This document shows positions 21,471-35,028 of a stretch of DNA of 64,000 nucleotides, piece after piece (position 1 is the first letter of the stretch; each line of letters starts with the position of its first letter). Location: NCBI GenBank assembly GCA_973895155.1, contig OZ316891.1, forward strand, positions 25,605,899 through 25,669,898. Direction: 5' to 3'. Both the position numbers and the translations under genes were made by a program. This stretch comes from Marsupella aquatica. Taxonomy: Eukaryota; Plantae; Marchantiophyta. The notes beneath the pieces were generated by a model. The model was not told where the DNA came from. It made no database searches and saw nothing but the letters and a program-made list of their open reading frames with translations.

Positions 21471-24400
21471 GTGTATATTTCCCATTTGCATGACTTGTGA
21501 TTTCAATGTGATGAAAGAGAAAGGATAAACAGTATGCAAAAACTTGACGCTTGGTAACTAGAGTAAAATGTGAACTTGCACGGTTTGTCTTCTAGTGTGA
21601 CAAAAAAAAGGATTAAACAGTATAAACAGAGTTGCCTCTTGGCAAAGAAAGTAAAATGTGAACATGCATGGTTTGTCTTCCAGGGTGAACAAAGAGAAAG
21701 TAAACAAAATAACAATACTTGTCTTTTGCTGAAGACGAAAGTAAGAGGTGAACTTGCACTGTTCGAGCCTGAATGTTCATTTCTTGAATGAAATAGATGA
21801 TGACAAAAATTATCATGCACCATCATTTTGAGATACATGTTCTCATATTCTCAATACACATGCATTTGGTGGGGCTCTACAATTATGGTCTAGATGCTTC
21901 ACTCTAGAAGCCTAGACCAGAAGTTAACAGTACGATAATAAAAGAGAAAAGATAAATGGAATTTTTTTGTATAATAATACCCCAAAAGGTGTTACTAGGA
22001 CCTTTTGACTGGTCCTACCAAGTAACACAATTCATTTTGGGGTCCCATGAAACAAATTTCTATGGGTATAAAAACATTTCTAACATTAAAGTATATGAAC
22101 TCAAATAACATAATTCATTTTGGGGTCCCATCAAGTGTAAATCTCTCAGTACTCGCATGGAAAAACCTTTCTTACATTAAAGTAAATTAACTCTTGTTCC
22201 CTGAACAAAATGGGCAATAATAACTCCTTATAACTTGGGCAACCTGGGCTTAGTCTTTTGTAATTATATTCGAAAATTGCTAACAGCAATTAAAGACAAG
22301 TGACATTGTACGCTAGTGGCAGGCACGCTAGTGGCTGGCAGGTTCTCATGCTTGTGAGCATAATTCTGGTCCCCACATAAAGGCGCGGTCGAAACATTTG
22401 TTTTCAAATGTTAGGGCGCGGTGGCGCGGGGCGATGCCACTGACGAACCAACCTTCCCAGTTTCCCAGTCTGACGTTTTGCCTACTATTTGAAATCCCGA
22501 AGACCGATTTGGGTTTCTATATACACTCGAGTGCTACGGTGGATTTTAACGAAGGTCGGTTGAGTGTTTTCATGACAGATTTTGTGCCATTGTCATACTC
22601 TCTCGACGCGGAAAGAGCGAACGAGCTTAGCCACAATCGACTGTGAGAGTCGATTTCTGGACTGTTGGTGACGAATGGTTTTCTTGAGGAAAGGTCGATT
22701 TCCGCGATTTCCGAAAATTTGATCACCGAGAATCGTCGATCGCAGAGGTGCATTTGTCCACCGCAACCGATCTTGAGAACCTGAACCATGTGGCCAAGCG
22801 GCTACCGAATTGCTCCGGTGGAGTAAGAGCGAAGAGGGAGGGGACCGAACAGAAATCAATTGACTTGGGGCTACATTTGGCGCCACCGGTTCCTATGGTC
22901 AGTTTGCTCGCCTGTACGAGAATGCTTCACCTAAATTTCTCTGATATTACTCGTACAGCAAATCGTTGGTCAAGGGTCCAGACGAAGAGAGAGCGAACAG
23001 AAAATGAATCAGCAGCAGTTGATCGTAACAAAAATCAGTCCTAGATCGAGGGGAATGGACGCGGAGTTTCAGACGGAGAGAGGGAAAAGAATAGAGACTA
23101 TCCTAGCCTGGTGACCTGTGGCGGAAAGGTGCTTGCAAATTCAGTGATACTAATGTACCAAGAAATGGCAATCGAAAAACTAAGTTTAACTAACAGCTGT
23201 GGACCATATCAATAACGCGGACGGTCACGACCAATAGAACGGAAAAATCACGTCACGGCCGACTGTAAAAGAATCACGAATTTGATAATCAAGCACCATG
23301 GAAGCCTGGTCTGCATGTAAGTCCTGGCTGACACGATCAATCAAGAAAGATCGCCGATCAGGCTCTTGCTCGCTGTGGAGTTCTGATCAGCGCAAGTGAC
23401 GCAAGGATGACAAATTTGACGTCGGGATGAAAGGCAGCTCTCAGTTCCAGCGGTTGACAGGGCAACGGAGATGAGTAGTTAATCGACAAGACGCCAAAGG
23501 AGGGCGCACAAAACAGAAGTGTGCGCAAAGAATCAGTTGGCAAGAGAGAAACCTATCACGACATCTGCCACAATCAGCACAAGAATGACCGCAAGCTAGG
23601 TGACGACAGAGAGATGAACATGTCTGGACATGCGTTGCAAACACCGTCAGAAAGATGAAGAAGCAGACCACAGTGAGAACGAGAATGCCACTGCAATGTC
23701 TATCGTTGCCAATTGCGACATCTAGAAAGTCGACATGTAACGAAAGAAGAAGCAAGAAGAGAGATGGAAGGAGCGAGGACGAAGATAAGTGCGGCGTAAA
23801 ACACAATCTGTTCACTGTGCCAGGGCCGATCAGAGGACACAAATGCAATACTGGACCCCTTCGTATGCTACCAGATTGTATATAATGGAAAACTCGTTAT
23901 TAGAATAGCCTTCAAACGGAGAAGATTAGGGTGGACTCGTTTGCTTGATTTTGAAGACTCCGTTTGATTTTCTATTAACTCTTATAGTGAGATGATTTTT
24001 CTATTCGCAGCCTTGTTGAAAACATTGCACTGAAGCAATTGCATGCCCTCAAAATCAACCAAGCGGAGTCCACAGGAATACAGTGGCCATCGTATCTTAG
24101 TGCAGCAGTTCTTTCGGAATCTTCCGTTCTTAGTCAAATTCCCTCAGTTGTTCTTATCAATTAGATATTCTCTTTCCGGAGGGGTCATGGACTTCTACCT
24201 CTATCTTTGCTCCGAGGCCATCCCACTCCCGTACGCTGCCGTCGGGGGGATTTATCATTACTCTACAACTAAATTATGATAGAGTCCTTACAGCGAAGTG
24301 GTTTAGAGAGTCGAAGGGACACAATGGTTCCAAGCAATGTGGACTCGTCCGCGGCGATCGAATCTAGGATCCCCATGCTGCAGGAGAAAAGGGGTCGATG

Positions 24401-24901
24401 GCAAGCCGCTGTCGAGAGCTTATTGGTTGGAGGTTTCGGACACATTAAAGAAAGGCGTTGGCTGTTCGGTACGTATTGGCTCCAAATCATGCTGGCGGGG
24501 CAATCAACTTATCCGCCATTTACTCCGCCTTGCGGGCCCCCCACTCTGGGACGGAAAGATAGCGGTAAAGACGGAAAAGAAAATATTGCTGTTGCGGTAC
24601 GATTGGTTTCTGACTCTCGGGAAAACGTTTCCCGAAACAAACGCCTAAAGATGAGTGAAAGATGAGAACAAGAGTCCAATGCTGTAGTCATCCGACCTCT
24701 CCTCCGTCATGGTGTATGGGATTCTCGAGCTCGTACAAGGTTTTCTCTTCCTATAAGATTGGAAACCGCGGAGGTAAACGTCACACCGCTTTCCTGCTCA
24801 GTAGTAGTGTACATCTGAGTTGAGACTGAAGGCGATATCTAGACGGAGGCAGTCCCGCGTTGCATGCAAGAAACCCTGTGGACGGTCTACACTTGTTCGC
24901 C

Positions 24902-27900
24902 ATGTCTTCCCTTGCATTTTTCGAGAACTTGGACATCGGGGAGGTGACCAAGGAGGTCATCGCGGAGTACATCTGGTTAGCAGTTCTTTCGAACCATATC
25001 CTCTCGAGAAATTGCTCTGCTTGCATGCCGTATGGGTTAAACGAAATAGATCAAATTGACTGTATGTTGCACTTCACGATTGCGAAAGATTGAGCACAGA
25101 TTGGGCAATGAACTGATTAAAAAGAAACACTTGTAACTCGAATTGCGAAGTAGGGCCATACAGCATAGATACTGAAGCTAGAAGTGGAATGAATTTAACG
25201 TAATATGTTCACAACAGAGTAGTGCTGAGGACTGCGAGCGGCGTCGAAATGCTCATTTGAGGTGCAGGATATTGTGGATTGAGACGTTGCATCTCAACGT
25301 GTGTGTCAGAATCATGGATGTACGAACTCGTTGGAAAACCTCCGCTAACTTTGAACGTGACATAACTCTTCTTCCAGGTTGGGAGGAAAGGGTTCCGATC
25401 TGCGCAGCAAAGCGAGGGTAATGTCTGCAGCTCAATGGATCAAATTGATTGTCCCTAGTGTAGTGTTAAGTTGAATGTTTATTTCGTATCGCAGCGGTGA
25501 TTCTGCTCTACTCCTGATGGCATTCGAATGAACTCAACAAATTGTCCGTAATCTTCCCTATTCATTACACAGTGTCTGCCTAGAGCGTGCAATGAAGCCT
25601 GTTGGAGCAGGCAGCTCCCCTGAGTTTTTGAAGGACACTTTGCTCCTCCGTCATCAGAAATGCGTAATTACGAAGTGTTTTTGTCACTATGGGTGTTACT
25701 GATGCATCTCCCGGCAATGATTTGAAATGGGAATTATTTGTGCAGACACTGCCCGGTCACGTAAGCAGTCCAAAGGAACTTCCCAAGTGGAACTACGATG
25801 GATCCAGCACAGGGCAAGCGCCAGGTTCCGATAGTGAAGTTATCTTGTAGTAAGTTCGACACTTTGTCTTGAGTAGCCTTCCTATTGCTTGTCGAGTGTA
25901 CCATTGGGCAGACCTTGCCCCTGTTCTTTGTGCCTCGGCAGAGTAAGAAACAGATCCTCGTTCTCTAATGTGTACTCCTCAATTTCAAGAGTTACCTTAT
26001 CAGATATGCATCATTCTGACGAAATGTTATGGTTTGACAGTCCTCAGGCTATCTACAGGGATCCCTTCAGACGTGGGAATCACATCCTGGTAATGTGCTC
26101 TTGGCGACTGATGACCTCAATAATCTAAATCCAGTTCTGCTTTTGTGTTCGTATCAGCTGAAATTGGGCGTCTACTTATGTCACACCGGAGCACTGATTG
26201 TGACACTGCGCAATTCTTTCGTGCCAGGTTATCTGTGATACTTACACACCCCAAGGTGATCCGATCCCGTCCAACAGTCGAGCTAAGGCGATGAAGGTTT
26301 TCAGCAAGAAAGAAGTCATAGATGAAGTGCCATGGTAGGCTCATTATTCAAATTCTTCATGAGATGAATCTTGATCGGATTTTCCGAGCCAGGCTGAAGT
26401 ATCTTTGCTACCTAGAAGTGCTTAACATGTCTCTATCATTGACGACATGTCTTTCCGAGCTCCACTGCTGCCCCAAGTTGTGAAATAACCGCAGTTAGCA
26501 TGTTGGTACTCTCCAACTTGCAGGTATGGAATCGAGCAGGAGTACACCCTTTTGCAGAGCAAGGTGAACTGGCCGATGGGTTGGCCTCTCGGAGGATACC
26601 CTGCACCTCAGGTGAATTACTTGTCTTCATGGTTTTCTCTTTGTGGTCTTCCGCTTTGGCTGTGTATTTGATGAGTTTGCTTCAGTTTGGTCAACAAAAA
26701 CAAATCGATCTTCGCAGGGTCCCTATTATTGTGGAATTGGAGCAGACAAAGCTTGGGGTCGAGACATCGTGAACGCTCACTACAAGGCTTGTCTTTGGGC
26801 TGGAGTTAAGATTGGTGGCATTAACGGAGAGGTTATGCCTGGCCAGGTGAGGCTTCTATTGCCTTGAGCATCCGAAACGGAGAACGATGTCCCGACCACT
26901 TCTTCATTTGTGCGTGGTTGTGTACAGATTTTGACTGACCGACCTCGGTGTGGATCGTCTTCTCAAAGGGATCCGTTTAGATACTCTTGCTTAATGATGC
27001 GTACCACATTTTGTCCTCTGCGCAACTATGTTGACCTTCGTGCGCTTGCTTGAGATACAGTGGGAGTTCCAAGTAGGGCCTTGCGTTGGAATTGAAGCTG
27101 CAGATCAGTTAACCATTGCCCGCTATATCTTGGAGGTAAAACCGTGGTTTCATCATTCATTACTCTGTTTTACTTCAGCTACCGTCCCTCTCGGCGATAG
27201 AATACACATAGCAATTAAGTCTTTCACTGTGAAGCCATCAATTGACCAGTCTGTGATTCTTGGCTTCTGTGCAGCGCCTTACTGAGATTGCTAACGTCGT
27301 TGTTTCGTTCGAGCCCAAGCCAATTGAGACGGTAATTTTAAAATTCCGCTAAATCGACTTCTTCTCACATTCTGCTTCTAAATAATGCAATGTTGCCACT
27401 AATACACTTCGAGGTATTAGATAAGTTCAGCATTTTTGTATCATTGACAGGTTTCTATATCTACGACTGTGTAACGAGATGCGATCAACTCATGTTCGTT
27501 TTGCCTTAATTGTAAATGTGGATAGGGTGATTGGAACGGTGCCGGTGCGCACACCAACTACAGGTGAGCCCAGCGAGAGACTGTCTGCGTTTCAGCTGTC
27601 ACATGTTACAGTAACCTGGAAGCCTTTGTGAGAGCTCAATGTGGGTGCACCTTGAACTTGATAGGATGCATATATTACTTTCGCGTTGCGGCTCTAAAAG
27701 ATGTTAAATATATGGTTGTCAACAGTACAAAATCCATGCGAGCAGAGGGAGGGTATGAAAAAATCAAAGCAGCGATTGAAAAGCTCGGGATGAGACATAA
27801 GGAACACATTGCTGCTTATGGTGAAGGCAATGAGAAGAGGTTAACTGGGAAGCACGAAACGGCCTCCATGGATAAATTCTCCTGGGTAAGAGTCTCTCAT

Positions 27901-28797
27901 AATTTTTGTCACCGGTGCATCATTCTGACCCAATCATGTCACTCCTTTGCTACAAATGCTTTTGACGACAAAAGAAATTCATTCTCCGTTTCAAAGGTTC
28001 ATTCATCTAGAACGAAAGGTAGTTTGGATCAACTCATCATGCAATGCAGCTTCGTCGGACATCATATGAAGTTTCAACTTGGTTGAGTTTTAGTTATAAT
28101 CTCTTGCATCGAGAATTCCCTTCAAGACGGTTATGATTGATTCAACAGTACTAGTACGATTGTGAAATTGGTCTACCGAGAGCCTCGCTAATTGCCATAT
28201 TCCGGAACAGGGAGTGGCCGACCGTGGAGCATCCGTTCGTGTTGGGAGAGACACCGAAAAGGAAAACAAAGGTCAGCATTTGTGATGTTCTTTCCAACAT
28301 GGCTTTCTTTGTCAATCTTTCCCCTTTTGATAGCTGTTGTTGTGTTCGGCTTAAGTTTATACATTTTTTATTAGAAAGCTCCTTTACAGGACACAACAGC
28401 TTTACCTTCATGTAGCTGAACCTAAGCGACTACAATTGTGTGGGTGGTTGTGTGCTAAGCATACAAATGAGATGCTGACTGACGCTATGAATCTCATTTA
28501 GGTTACTTCGAGGATAGACGACCGTCAGCAAACATGGACCCCTACATTGTCACGTCGATGATTGCAGAAACCACTATATTATGGAAGCCGCTAGGTAAGG
28601 AGTGGTTGATCTCGGAGATCACGAAGTATGCTACCTTTGACTCTCACTTTGGCTTAAAATGCTATGGGCATCAATATCTTCGAATAACAATTAATGATAG
28701 CTTGATGCATCGATGCCAAACGCGAAGGTGTTGCAAATTTGGATCGAAATGACAACATCATGGTTCTTATCATGCTACTGATGCTGCAGATAATTGA
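24902..28797 (+). CDS. GLN1: Cytosolic glutamine synthetase (GS1), ~14 exons
   Basis: Exons give [107 protein letters not shown]; no transit peptide. Confidence 0.95.
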
Positions 28798-29287
28798 GGA
28801 GTAACCATCGATCTACGATTGAGTCGAAAACACAGTTTCGATAACACGAACAGACCTTTTTGGCTACTCAAGACGCAAAGCTTTCCGGACCATTTTCACT
28901 CCGTTACCGTGTGGTGAACATAATTGTGAGTTTTTCCAAACCCCAAGCTTGTGGGGGTTCATAGAAATGCACAGCAGACGGGTAGTTTTGCTATGATTGC
29001 AGCTATAGATATGAAGGGTGTTGGTGCCTCAAGGATATTCCTAGTTGGCGGGTGTGCTTAAAATAAAACAGAATAGGGATTTTGTACCACCTCTCTCAGC
29101 ACAATGATCCTGGATGAACCAACTTGTGAGCAATTTAAGCATTCTACTCTGAACCACGTGCAGACGTGAAACTTGCATTATGCAAACTTTGGAGAGCAAA
29201 GCCTGGAAAATTAGAGTGAAGCTGCACTAAATCTACTTAAATTTCCTACCTAAGACACTTTTCCTATCCGCGAGTTCGTACTGATCG

Positions 29288-29597
29288 TTAAATTCCGAAA
29301 GGCAATTTTTCATATATAATTCCACAGTTCGTGGTCGTTCTTTTGGCCAAAGCTCATGGCAGTGTGTTTCCAAACTGAGGAACGAATTTAGATCTGGGGT
29401 ATAGAATAAGTTTGAACTGACGTTCGAGAAATCTGTAGGACCATTAAATTCCGAAAGGCAATTTTTCTTATATAATTCCACAGTTTGTGGTCGTTCTTTT
29501 TGGCCAAAGCTCATGGCAGTGTGTTTCCAAACTGAGGAACGAATTCAGTTCTGGGGTATAGATTAACTTTGAACTGACGTTCGGAAATCTGTAGGAC
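29288..29597. repeat. Tandem duplication, two ~156-bp copies
   Basis: TTAAATTCCGAAAGGCAATTTTT...GAACTGACGTTCG at 29288 and 29444. Confidence 0.9.
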
Positions 29598-29867
29598 TTT
29601 TCCAAATTTTGGGCCTCGAGACTAATAGTGTTGGACTTTTACATCCACAACATGGTATGCAAAAGCGCACATCCACTATAACTAACATTTGTTGTCCCCA
29701 ACCTTTGTCTATGCAGCTGCAAAAGCACTAGTCACCATTAATTAAAGAAGAGCAGGACGTCCAATATTGCTTTGCTTAATCAGTTCTAATCCATAAAGGC
29801 ATCAAAACTGTTCAAATGAAAATTCATACGAGGGCGAATAGTCTGGATGTACTTTCATCCTAAGTAT

Positions 29868-32800
29868 CTACCTGCCTTGAATGAGGCCACTGCAAACTTT
29901 TCCGTTCCCTCCAAGGGTAGCTTCCCATTTAATAGAAGCAAGCAGTATGTTGGTGAGCGTCAGAACTATTAGATTCATATCTGGTCGATCTTGGGGATCC
30001 TCCTCGACACATTTTCGTCCCAATGTAGCCATCTGCAACAAAGAAGGCTATCACTCTGACTGCATACTCGGCGAGAGATGGGGAACATAATTTTAGCAAC
30101 AGAAAAATCGTGAGAAATCATTCCCAAAATGCCTATGGGAGGAATGTACTCAGTAAAAGCATGAGGAAACTATTATAGTCGAAAAATGGCAGCACTTCGG
30201 TTCAGAAATCTGGCACGCGGTTGCGATGTAAACAGTTAGCTTTTCAATGCTTATTTTAGCCAAAGAGTTACCCTGAGGACGGAGTCGAATGGATAAATAT
30301 CTCGTAGAAGGGGATCCATGATTTCTTTGAGCTTATCTTGGCTGGTGGTCACATCGTCGCCCAAAGCTGATAACATCTGCAACACCAGTGTCAGTTGTTG
30401 AATACTTTTACAAAGGATACGGGATAAGTCGCCTAGAGTTGCGGGCACCTGAGCTCATGGAAGGGAGTAATCTGTTCATCTATTAAAATCAGGAAGAAAC
30501 AGAGAGGATTCTAGAGGCCCTTGATGCAAAAACCTAGAAAGCTTGTTCGCAAGTCTAAAAATTCAGGTTCACCCTCAAGCTAAATTAGAATGAAAATCTA
30601 GAGAACTTGATTTGGAACAGCCATTGGTTAAAAAGCAGACCCAAAATCATTCCTATTTCTCTCTCAAAATGAATAAGTTTCTGAAGAGTTCACTAATGTC
30701 ATGGTGTACTTACAAGAGAGATGAGGGACCGTCTTTCAGATCCTGTCGTTTTATCGACTATAATGGCTCCTTTACCAGTTATGAGTTCAAATAGCACAAC
30801 TCCAAAAGCATACACATCAGTTTTCGTAGTTGCTTGGCTGGCCCGGGCACACCTGAAAGGTATCATGTTTCCGATGTCAAAAGATATGCTTTACACCAAC
30901 CTTTTAGATTTGAGTTAATACTGTCGATCTGAGGGCATGAAGCCCAAATTACTTCTGCCGAATTTTCAGGGATGGAAATTGTACAGAACTGCTCAGGCTT
31001 TAAGAGGGGGACGTCACACACGTACTCTGGAGCAAGGTAGCCAAGGGTCCCAAATGCTCCTGCTCGCGCTAGAAGACCCTGTTTGGGCTGTTCAGCAAGC
31101 GTTGTCAAACCAAAATCCGCAACCTGATGGTCAATCCACAAGAACGAGGAGAATTAGTGTTTGCCACATTCAACTGAAGGTGGTGATGTTGTGCTCGACA
31201 AAGACTAGAGAAGTTCACCCCAGTATTGGCGAAAAGAGGAAGAGAACAGGGGACGATATACTTTAGCTCTGAAGGAAACATCGAGTAGAATGTTGCCGAT
31301 GTTCACATCACGATGAACATAATGACCTGTAGAGTGATCGTGTATGCAGGCAAGGCCTCTAGCAGCATCCAATGCAATTTGAACACGAGCACTCCATGCA
31401 AGAGGTGCAAACCCTGGAAAACGATTACGAGCAGGGTACTGAAACTCGTGAATGATGATTCATGAGCTGCAATGCATCGTTAATTTACATGACGATCATA
31501 AGGCTGTAGAGTAAACCTAGTTTTAGGTTCGACTTTTTTATGGAAGACTTAATCCTCAAGAGAACCACCAGGATTTTCTTCTCTCCTCGCTCTTCATTTT
31601 ACCATGTTCATTTCCTTCTATAGAGTGGAACACTATCAATTTTAATTATCAACCAGTACCAGACGAAATTCAGTTCTGGGTTTCCCCTTTCCTGCCCTTA
31701 ACAATAAACTCCTACCCCAACCGCTTTGCGGCACAACTGTAATAGGAAACACAGCTTGCTCTTACTTGGCCTCATCAGCGCAGTTACCCTTGTCTTTGAG
31801 TTCAACGCAGTCTCAACTAAGTTCCCATTCAGCTCTCTACAGCTTTTCTTCATTTTCCAGAATCAGCGACAAATGTTTCACTTAAATGGTTTTTTGCGCC
31901 TCAGTTTAATCCATCCGCTAAGAAATGTGAATTCCTACTGCTTTTGCCAACTCTCCCGAGACAGACAGCAATCTACGCGCTCAAAATATGCCACGTTATA
32001 TAGACCTAAGGAGTTCAGGTTGTCTGGAAAACAGAACCTAATGTCAACAGTGAGAGCTACTGCCTGAATAGTGCAAATCCAGAACGTTACGATAGAAGGA
32101 CATGCTTTTAGACAGCCTGATGGTTTCTTCAATTGTCAACGAAAAGATTTCAGACTTCTCAAACCTTTCAGATGTGGATTTTGAAGTCTGTCCTTGACTG
32201 CTCGATTCTTTGCGTATTCATATACCAGGAGAAGACCATCCTCAGCAATGGAGTAGCCAATCAGCTCCACCAAGTTGCTATGATGCACCTTACATACGGT
32301 CTTCAACTGTGCAAAAACATTTGTTTTCGTGGCCTTGATTTTCTTAACTGCAACTTCCTGGGGCCAGGAATATGGACATCATTCAGATCAACTGACAGAG
32401 AACACAAGATATGAGCTTTTCTGGAGCCTGAAGAACCTTGGTATAGTACTGAAATTTTATCTCATCCGTATGGGTTATCAAGTAGCAACTGACAGCAGTC
32501 GACCAGCGGTTGCTAACAATGATAGCTACAGAGTTTAGGGTTTGTGTCGAACTTATAGTAGAGCCAGAAACTGGTATTCAACGAAAATTGCCAAATACTT
32601 AGAACTTGCTGTGTCCCTGGGTTTTAAGAGAATAATACAAATTACGCTGTGATGACAGATGTATAGCATCTTTGACCTGCGGAACAGTAAAGAGTATTGC
32701 GGATCCCAAACCTGCCCACGTAGAAGACCAAAATAGGTAGGTCCATATGCACCTATCCCAATTCGATTTGCATCTTGAAAATTCATTGTCGCTGTTATAA

Positions 32801-35028
32801 TTTCATCATAATCAAAGACTTTGGGATTGTCCTTGCCACTTACACCATTCTTCATATCTGGAATTGAGAGTAACGTGTCAAACAGGCAAACCAAGCAGAC
32901 CTCAAAGAAAAACTATGTTCATCATGCTCTATACTTAAAGTTCTTTCGAAAACTAGTATTATAGCCAAGTAACTGATTTCCTAAATGCCAAGGACAGCAA
33001 GATTTGGTTGAGATGATTTAAGTATTCAACACAACGGTGGAGTTTATTGATTCAAGAGAATAAGTCTACAGCAAAGTTGGATGAGTTGCACCGTTGCTTT
33101 TTAATATGCCGTTTCGGTGGGCAATGCTCCGAGGTCTTCACACGATTAATTAATTACCCTCACATTCAATTTGAGGATTCATTTTACAGCAAGGTAGAGA
33201 GCAGCAACCTCTCACGCGTAACGAGTGGTCAAGCACCCAATCAGAAAATTTGAATCGGGAGGTACATGTTGCAGATAGATAACCGTAAAGTTTGAAACAG
33301 TATGAGATGTGCACATAATTCTTACCATTGAGTGATAACGAAGAAACAGGATGCTTGCCGTAGAAACTGCTCTCGTCATAGCTCCAAGGGCCACATTGAA
33401 CCAGACTCTCCCGTGTACTCCACGACCTTTGAGAGAGGGCCCTACTAGAGGACGCTCGATCATCATAGGAGCTGCTACTTGGAGATCGAGGATCTAAAAG
33501 CCGCTTCCTGTTTTTGTAGCAAAATAGTTTCCTATTCTGGAGAAAAAATATGAGAGAAGCGACGGCAGCAATAAATAGCAAGGCAGCCAGCACGATGCCC
33601 ACGATGCTCCCGAAACCGATGCTAGTACTTGCGCCTGGAAGATCTGCGGATGCATGATCCGAGAAGATATACAAAACAAAAGTGAGCTATGAACCATTCT
33701 CTACTCAGTGATCCGGCCAGTTCGGTCGGTGGTCTACAAAAACATGTCCATTTTACTTTAGATTCTCAAGTGACAAGTTATGAGTTTTCCCCCACATCAA
33801 GATGTAAAGACTTTCCGCAAAACATAACACCGCAAGTCCCCGCACAAGTCGCCACAGATAAGAGTTTCCGACCATAGCCTGATAGACTCATCGTAGTTGT
33901 CTCATCAATTGGTTCTATAATAAATATCTGCGGAAGGGGAGCATATCTTACCAGGTGCAACATGAGGTGGAACAACAACGGGTTTAAGTGCTGCACAGTA
34001 CAGGCCAATAATACCATCGTTAAAAGAACTGAGGTGATGGTGTGTCGCCATTCCAGCCCCTTTCGGGATAGCCGTTAAAACTACTTTTCAAGACATTTTT
34101 TCCACCTAGACCTATGACATATATTCAGCGCTTACACTGACTGATCCAGGGAAGTACTTCGAGTGACATGATAGGGCCTAAAGAGATTATCGTCGAATGC
34201 CAAACTTGACGACTCTGACATAATATCTGTAGTTATATCGGTAACAATTCATTATATTATCCCATTAAGGACGCCATCCACGACCTGCAACCATTCTTCT
34301 TAACGTCGTCTACATCAATAACATCATGATAGCATAAACTATTGTACTGGTTGAATCCGGATAGGTGTACCTTCCGAAAAGCTGAGAGAAAACCTCGTTA
34401 CAATCCGGTACCAATGTTACTTACCAGAATCATGGATAGGAATATAGTATGGCGTTTGGCTCGCTAGATAATCTTGCTCCATTATACCATTGATGTTCAT
34501 TATTGTCGCCGTAGAGGTGTTGAAACGAATTGCCAGGCGCTCCAGCGTATCGTCATGCTGGATCACGTATGTTAATAGAGGCTGTCCCAGGGAAGCGAGG
34601 CATCCACAGTACAGATCTACTTGCAAAAGCTGGCCATCCGTAAGGCTTTGTTGCATATTTGTTATGCGGGCCAGATATTCATACGGTCCCGTGGCTATAG
34701 AAACTTCCGTGTCTCCAGCAGTTACCCTATAGGCTGCCTCCGCCAAGTAGGTGAAGCTATCCGCACACAAACATTGGAGGGAAACTATCACTACACCAGT
34801 TTCAAAGTTGGTATCCTCTCGCGTAATTGCATCCTGCGAAACGGAGAACAGAGTTGCCACAGAAGCCAGAGTATCCGAATCACGACGCGTATAATATAGG
34901 TATGCCGGACAGGAGCTCCCCACTGCGCTGCAAGTCATGGGACCCTTCAGCTGGCATGAAACGTTTGAAACGTCCCTTAACAACATGACTGTGACTACGA
35001 GTAGACATATCGAGGAAGAGGCGGCCAT
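29868..35028 (-). CDS. LysM receptor-like kinase, LYK3-like
   Basis: Signal peptide; CxC-separated LysM ectodomain ([17 protein letters not shown]); [17 protein letters not shown]; kinase [32 protein letters not shown]; C-terminus [19 protein letters not shown] resembles LYK3. Confidence 0.9.

Noticed and set aside
22398-24690. Cluster of 60-135 aa ORFs upstream of GS1
   Set aside because: No motifs or coherent splice structure; likely intergenic or promoter DNA.
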